Source of the DNA: Candidatus Woesebacteria bacterium
Lineage (GTDB): Bacteria; Patescibacteriota; Microgenomatia; UBA1400; UBA1396
Direction: 5' to 3'
Assembly: GCA_021208605.1 (NCBI GenBank)
Contig: JAJOJK010000003.1
Span: 9,481-73,480, forward strand
Length of the DNA: 64,000 nucleotides
Part shown: positions 59,458 to 64,000 of the stretch, piece by piece
Position numbering within the stretch: the stretch's first letter is position 1
Layout: every line of letters starts with the position of its first letter
Position numbers and translations under genes: made by a program
Notes under the pieces: generated by a model
What the model saw: only the letters and a program-made list of their open reading frames with translations
Told to the model about the DNA's origin: nothing
Databases searched by the model: none

Positions 59458-59886
59458 ATGAACCTCTCTGTGCGCACGCAACGTTTTGTGTCGAGTGTTT
59501 TTTCTGCGACAGCATTCTCTCTGTACTTTGCCGAATCAGCGATGGCCCAACTTGGCGCCTGGACAGAAGCAAATGGCTGTGTGTTCATTGCGGAGGACGT
59601 TGGCGCAGTCGCTACTATACAAGGAGTAGAGTGTCTCGTGCGCAACGTCTTGGCTTCAGCCACGACTTTTGTTGGCTTGGCCGCGTTTGTCATGTTGATT
59701 ATTGGTGGATTCCTTTACTTAACTTCCGGCAGCAACTCCAAAGGTACCGACGCCGCCAAACAGACGATCACCTACGCCATTATTGGTATTGTGGTGGCCT
59801 TGATGGCCTTCTTCCTCTTGCAGTTCGTCGCGATTGTGACTGGCGCACGAGGATTTTTGGAGTTTAATTTGAATTTGGGGAATTAA
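59458..59886 (+). CDS. TrbC/VirB2-type pilin-like protein
   Basis: Leader ending AMA; MLIIGGFLYLTSG......AKQTITYAIIG two-helix hairpin. Confidence 0.85.
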   Translation: MNLSVRTQRFVSSVFSATAFSLYFAESAMAQLGAWTEANGCVFIAEDVGAVATIQGVECLVRNVLASATTFVGLAAFVMLIIGGFLYLTSGSNSKGTDAAKQTITYAIIGIVVALMAFFLLQFVAIVTGARGFLEFNLNLGN

Positions 59887-59894
59887 GCATTTTC

Positions 59895-59978
59895 AAGGTA
59901 ACCTTTCTGATCAATTACCTCAAGAAAGGTTACCTTAAGTTAACCCTTCTTGAGGAAAACAGAAGCGAAGGTAACCTT
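59895..59978. repeat. Cluster of AAGGTWACCTT palindromes with overlapping inverted repeats
   Basis: Copies at 59895, 59926 and 59968; 14-bp IR 59895-59908/59923-59936; CCTCAAGAA/TTCTTGAGG IR. Confidence 0.7.
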
Positions 59979-60085
59979 CCAAAGCGTTTCACAACCCACA
60001 TTGCCGTTTCCGCATCCAGGCAGTACAATACAAACGTTACGCATCAGCGCGCAGCCGAGAAAAATTCTCTTTGCGTAACAAGCAT

Positions 60086-62005
60086 ATGAAGCACTGGGTA
60101 ACCAAATTAATCGCACTTGTTTTTGTTCTCGCCCTCGGGGCCCAGCTTTTTTTGACACCTGCACAGGTTTTTGCCCAAGCTCCTACAACCCAATATGATG
60201 ACGAACGCTGTCTCGATCCCGAATTTGCAGCCGATCCCGCGAATGCCGCCCTGTGTACAAGAACCGTCGGCGGCTCCGAAATTAGCGCCGAATCTATCCG
60301 CCAAGCGATCAACTCTCCCACCCCAAACTTAGCCAACACAACCGCCTACGTTTTCTATACGATTTCGATTCTTTTAACCGGAACGTTTGATCCGAGCTAC
60401 GCTGGCGAACAGGCCTCGGTGCCGGTCAGTACCTTTGCTGATGCTACCGATCGTGGCGGCGCACTCGGCGGAATTGGCTTTTTAATGGGCCAACTCGTGG
60501 CCAATCCGCCCGCCTCGGCGCAGTACTACATGGCGGACCTCGTCAACAACGCCAGATTCACCGGTTCACCGGTTTACGCCCAAGGAATTGGATTCGGCGC
60601 GCTGAACCCCATTCTCGGCACCTGGAAAGCCTTCCGTGACGTGGCGTATTACCTCTTAACCATCATGTTCTTGGTTACTGGTTTCCTCATCTTGATTCGC
60701 CATAAGATCAGCGGAAACGTGGCCGTAACCGTGCAAAACGCGTTGCCAAAACTCGTTATTACACTGATTCTCATCACGTTCTCTTACGCCATCGCCGGCC
60801 TTGTGGTCGATATCATGTTCTTGGCGTTGTTCTTTATTATTAGTATTTTTGGACAGTATATTTTCTTGCCAGATGCTAACTTTGCCACTGGGGCTCTTAT
60901 GAGCAGAGAATATGTTGGACTCAGTGAAATTGCTTTCAATACGCACATTTTTGAGTTTATGGTCGGCTTTATCTTCAGTGGAACAACCTGGAAAGCGGCG
61001 CAATCGGTCGGTCAAATAATGACCCAAGCCATCGGATCCTTCCCATTACTCGACGTCATCGCTGGTCAAGGCTCTATTCTTCGCCCGCTCTTCAATGAAA
61101 TTATCAATGTTTTTATCGTCCTGATTTTGGCCATTGCCCTCTTTATTGCCATGATCCGCACCTTCTTCTCTTTAATAATGTCCTATGCCGGATTTGTAAT
61201 TAACGTTGTGCTGAGTCCGTTTATCTTGCTAGTTGGGGCGGTTCCTGGAAAAGATCCCTGGAAAAACTGGATTAAGAATCTTATCGCTGGACTGGCTCCA
61301 TTCGTAGTCGCTATCTTTATGATCTTCATGAGTTTAGCACTCACCGGGCAACAAACCCGTGATGGAATCGGTTACAAAGCCGATGGTGGACAAGTTGAAG
61401 GACTCCGGCTTCCGCTCATTACCGGCGGAGTAGCCAGCGCGGATGCGTTCATCGGAATTTTGGCCATGGGCTTCATGCTCTTAATGCCAGAGGCCGTGAA
61501 GATGACGAAGAAGTTTATGCAGGTATCTGGTGGCATATTCGAAGAACAAAAAGATGCCGCTTTGGCAAACTTTAAACAAGGTGTGAGCGGAAACAAATAT
61601 GTACCAGGTGCTGGAAAGGTCGCTAAAGGCGCGGCTATTTCAGCTGGACTAGGACTGGCTGGTGGAACCGCTGGCGCTATCATTGCTGGTAAAAATGCGT
61701 ATGCTTCTTCACAAGCTGAGGGTCATGGGAGATTCCGAAGTAGTGTCAATGCTGCTTTAAAGGGAACAGGCGGAGGTTTAGCTGGTGGATTTGCTGGCGC
61801 CACAGCCTATCCAGCTGCTACAATGGGAGCACCTGTGGTTAGAAATGTTAAAAAAGGCGTTGAATACGTCAAGAAATTTGATTCTCCGGCCGCTGACTTA
61901 CTGCGTGCTCTTGAGCTGAACAGGGCTAAACAAAGAGCGCAACAAAAGGGAGCTGAAGAGGAACAGCAAGTTTCAGTTGATAAACCTGAAGTAGATACAT
62001 TTTAG
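60086..62005 (+). CDS. VirB6/TrbL-like polytopic membrane protein
   Basis: W..FRD.AY, LPKLVITLILITFSYAI.G..VD, SPF.L..G..PG....NW.KN; Gly/Ala-rich tail; follows the pilin. Confidence 0.7.
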   Translation: MKHWVTKLIALVFVLALGAQLFLTPAQVFAQAPTTQYDDERCLDPEFAADPANAALCTRTVGGSEISAESIRQAINSPTPNLANTTAYVFYTISILLTGTFDPSYAGEQASVPVSTFADATDRGGALGGIGFLMGQLVANPPASAQYYMADLVNNARFTGSPVYAQGIGFGALNPILGTWKAFRDVAYYLLTIMFLVTGFLILIRHKISGNVAVTVQNALPKLVITLILITFSYAIAGLVVDIMFLALFFIISIFGQYIFLPDANFATGALMSREYVGLSEIAFNTHIFEFMVGFIFSGTTWKAAQSVGQIMTQAIGSFPLLDVIAGQGSILRPLFNEIINVFIVLILAIALFIAMIRTFFSLIMSYAGFVINVVLSPFILLVGAVPGKDPWKNWIKNLIAGLAPFVVAIFMIFMSLALTGQQTRDGIGYKADGGQVEGLRLPLITGGVASADAFIGILAMGFMLLMPEAVKMTKKFMQVSGGIFEEQKDAALANFKQGVSGNKYVPGAGKVAKGAAISAGLGLAGGTAGAIIAGKNAYASSQAEGHGRFRSSVNAALKGTGGGLAGGFAGATAYPAATMGAPVVRNVKKGVEYVKKFDSPAADLLRALELNRAKQRAQQKGAEEEQQVSVDKPEVDTF

Positions 62006-62011
62006 TAAATT

Positions 62012-62170
62012 ATGAAATTAGTAATTCACAATCCATTCAGAAAACATTCTACTAAAGTTCAGGATGATTCCACGGATGATTCTAAAAAAATGCCTTTAAC
62101 TTTAAAAGAAAAACTGCCGCAAACTTCTCAACAAGTAAATGTTGAAAATCCTGATATCGATACGTTCTAA
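62012..62170 (+). CDS. 52-aa peptide whose C-terminus copies that of the VirB6-like protein
   Basis: MKLVIHNPFRK...QQVNVENPDIDTF* compared with QQVSVDKPEVDTF*. Confidence 0.65.
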   Translation: MKLVIHNPFRKHSTKVQDDSTDDSKKMPLTLKEKLPQTSQQVNVENPDIDTF

Positions 62171-62250
62171 TTCATCCGTTCAGACAAATTTTTCAAACAT
62201 CAAAGCCAAATATGACTTGGTTTATAGTTTAAAAAAATCTTAAATGACCG

Positions 62251-64000
62251 CTACTTACTTCCACTCAAGTTGGAGAAAATAGCCTCAGTAGGTTTAGTAA
62301 AGTCTTCGGCTTTGATCTGCAATCCAACTAAATAGTAGAGTTCTAAAAGTGTTTCTCCATCAAAAACATTTATCTGTTGGATGTCAGGGACTTCCATTGT
62401 TAAGAAACTTGAATCGATTGTCGGATCACCTTTTCTGAGTCTTTCCAAGAAAACAGAGGCAGTTGTCAGAGAAGACTCTAATGGTCCTTTATCAACACGA
62501 TTTCGGTGTCGAGTTACAAAGTCATTTGCAAAGAACATACCATGCAAGGTAAGTTTGTCACGCGTCAAGTCAGCAATAGTACTTCCACCATACCAGAAGA
62601 TGTGATGTCCTTTGGCAATAAGTTCTCTCTTTATTAAGAGATCTGGATAAATTCCCAAAGAACCACGAGCTGTTTCACCTTTCGCCGCAGCTACGTTTAC
62701 ATCTTCCACAGTTGGAGCGTCGCGGCGAACCTTAATAGTCATTGTCTTTTGCGGATAATTGATAACCGAACCGTCTGATCTTCGACGCATTTGAGTCGGA
62801 ACTACGGCTGTATTAATGTCTATCACTTTTTTATTCATATCTGCCATAGTCATCCACCGGGTTAATTCAGGTGGACTGGTGTACCACCATTGATTTACAC
62901 GTGTAGAATAATCAGGCGATGTTTTAAAGGTTCCCTTCATTGTTGATTCAAAATGCCCTGAAGTGTCATTTCCATTTTCATCTACTACTCGAATGCGAAT
63001 ATATTGACCAGTAGGATTAATTTCATCGATAAATGGAATCCCGTCAGCATATCTAGCCTTCTCTTCTCTAGAAGGAGGTTGACAAGCCATAAAAGGCATT
63101 GCGTCTGTTTGTCCAGCATACTTATGTGCATATTTGATATAAGTGGTCCAGTTATCAAAGTATTCGGCATTCGCCTTGGTGGGCTCATTTTGGCGATAAT
63201 TAATGGTTCCACTGCTATTCGGATCCATGCTTGAACGTTTTTCTAAATCAAACTTAGCAACAGAAGTCATTGTTTTAATGTGATTTCCATATGCTGCTGA
63301 GGGGTTGTCAGGGAAAAGGTCCCACCGAAAAGTTGGATCTGCAAAAGTTTTTACAGTATCAGGTGAACTTCTAAATCGTTGTGTCCAAGTCATACCGTCA
63401 TAACCGTAAAAATCAAAGTAAGGCATAACGTACCCTTTGACAATACCAAAAATATTTCCAGGCAAAGTAGTGTTGTTAAAAGCTCCATTGTACGTATCTT
63501 TATAGATATAAGGAGCTGCAGTTCCAATAGAAATTCTGTGCAAAAGCTTTAATCCAGACGGAGAACCAGGCAATTTTGATCCAGAAGTTCGATTGATATC
63601 TTGAGATCCAGATTCATTTGTAATTTCCGTCAAACTAAGAGCTGTTAGGCCAGCGAATCGCGCCGCCATATCACTCCATGTACCTCTTGTAGAGTCATCT
63701 ACAGATTTAGCAGACACCATCTCAACAACTTCATCAAAGTTCTTCTTACGAGTGGCTGTTAAAGCACCAGCTTTTTCGGCATATACCCACGGATGCAATG
63801 ATCGAGATTGTGTTGTTGTTCCTACTACACTAACAGGAATAACTTTAGGTGATCGTTCACCATTCTTCAGCAATAATTTAGAACCAGTATGTCGTTCGGG
63901 CGCTTCACTGGTTCCCATTTTTTCTTCCAATCGTTCACCTCTTCGCAAAATTTCACGAAATGCACAAAATATCTGTTCTGCTAACGTTTTAGTTTCCTGG
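62251..64000 (-). CDS. Large hypothetical protein (5' end beyond the window), AT-richer
   Basis: Frame stays open from 64000 to the stop at 62251. Confidence 0.75.
   Translation of the reverse strand, partial: QETKTLAEQIFCAFREILRRGERLEEKMGTSEAPERHTGSKLLLKNGERSPKVIPVSVVGTTTQSRSLHPWVYAEKAGALTATRKKNFDEVVEMVSAKSVDDSTRGTWSDMAARFAGLTALSLTEITNESGSQDINRTSGSKLPGSPSGLKLLHRISIGTAAPYIYKDTYNGAFNNTTLPGNIFGIVKGYVMPYFDFYGYDGMTWTQRFRSSPDTVKTFADPTFRWDLFPDNPSAAYGNHIKTMTSVAKFDLEKRSSMDPNSSGTINYRQNEPTKANAEYFDNWTTYIKYAHKYAGQTDAMPFMACQPPSREEKARYADGIPFIDEINPTGQYIRIRVVDENGNDTSGHFESTMKGTFKTSPDYSTRVNQWWYTSPPELTRWMTMADMNKKVIDINTAVVPTQMRRRSDGSVINYPQKTMTIKVRRDAPTVEDVNVAAAKGETARGSLGIYPDLLIKRELIAKGHHIFWYGGSTIADLTRDKLTLHGMFFANDFVTRHRNRVDKGPLESSLTTASVFLERLRKGDPTIDSSFLTMEVPDIQQINVFDGETLLELYYLVGLQIKAEDFTKPTEAIFSNLSGSK

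Overview
Chromosomal window from a bacterium that looks like Patescibacteria/CPR, probably the Microgenomates group. This is an inference from tRNA-Ile(UAU), an ATP-dependent DNA ligase, archaeal-type NadM, VirB2/VirB6-like genes, many Cys-rich surface proteins and apparently leaderless genes. Housekeeping and salvage genes include smpB, lysS, sufS/sufU, pth, lgt, rdgB, yjjX, cdd, mscL, gap, pgk, rpe, rpiB, nnrD, recF and lepA, alongside pilN/pilO and three tRNAs (Ile-UAU, Trp, Tyr). Several genes are split at A/T homopolymers, most likely from sequencing error. The most unusual non-annotated structures are: (1) a ~165-bp tRNA-anchored element at tRNA-Ile and tRNA-Trp, with a degenerate copy at tRNA-Tyr, whose 58-bp core is identical while its arms copy each host tRNA's own 3' end; (2) about 18 REP-like palindromes in two related families, some forming inverted pairs and one pair bracketing the Fic gene; (3) a 1022-aa beta-CASP/MBL nuclease translationally coupled to an HNH nuclease; (4) five tandem small orphans with a shared pattern beside a VirB2/VirB6-like locus, plus an unannotated 52-aa peptide copying the VirB6-like C-terminal motif; (5) shared SQD[VL]RxxA and QPVSG motifs on surface proteins. 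No CRISPR array, rRNA, transposase or integrase was found.
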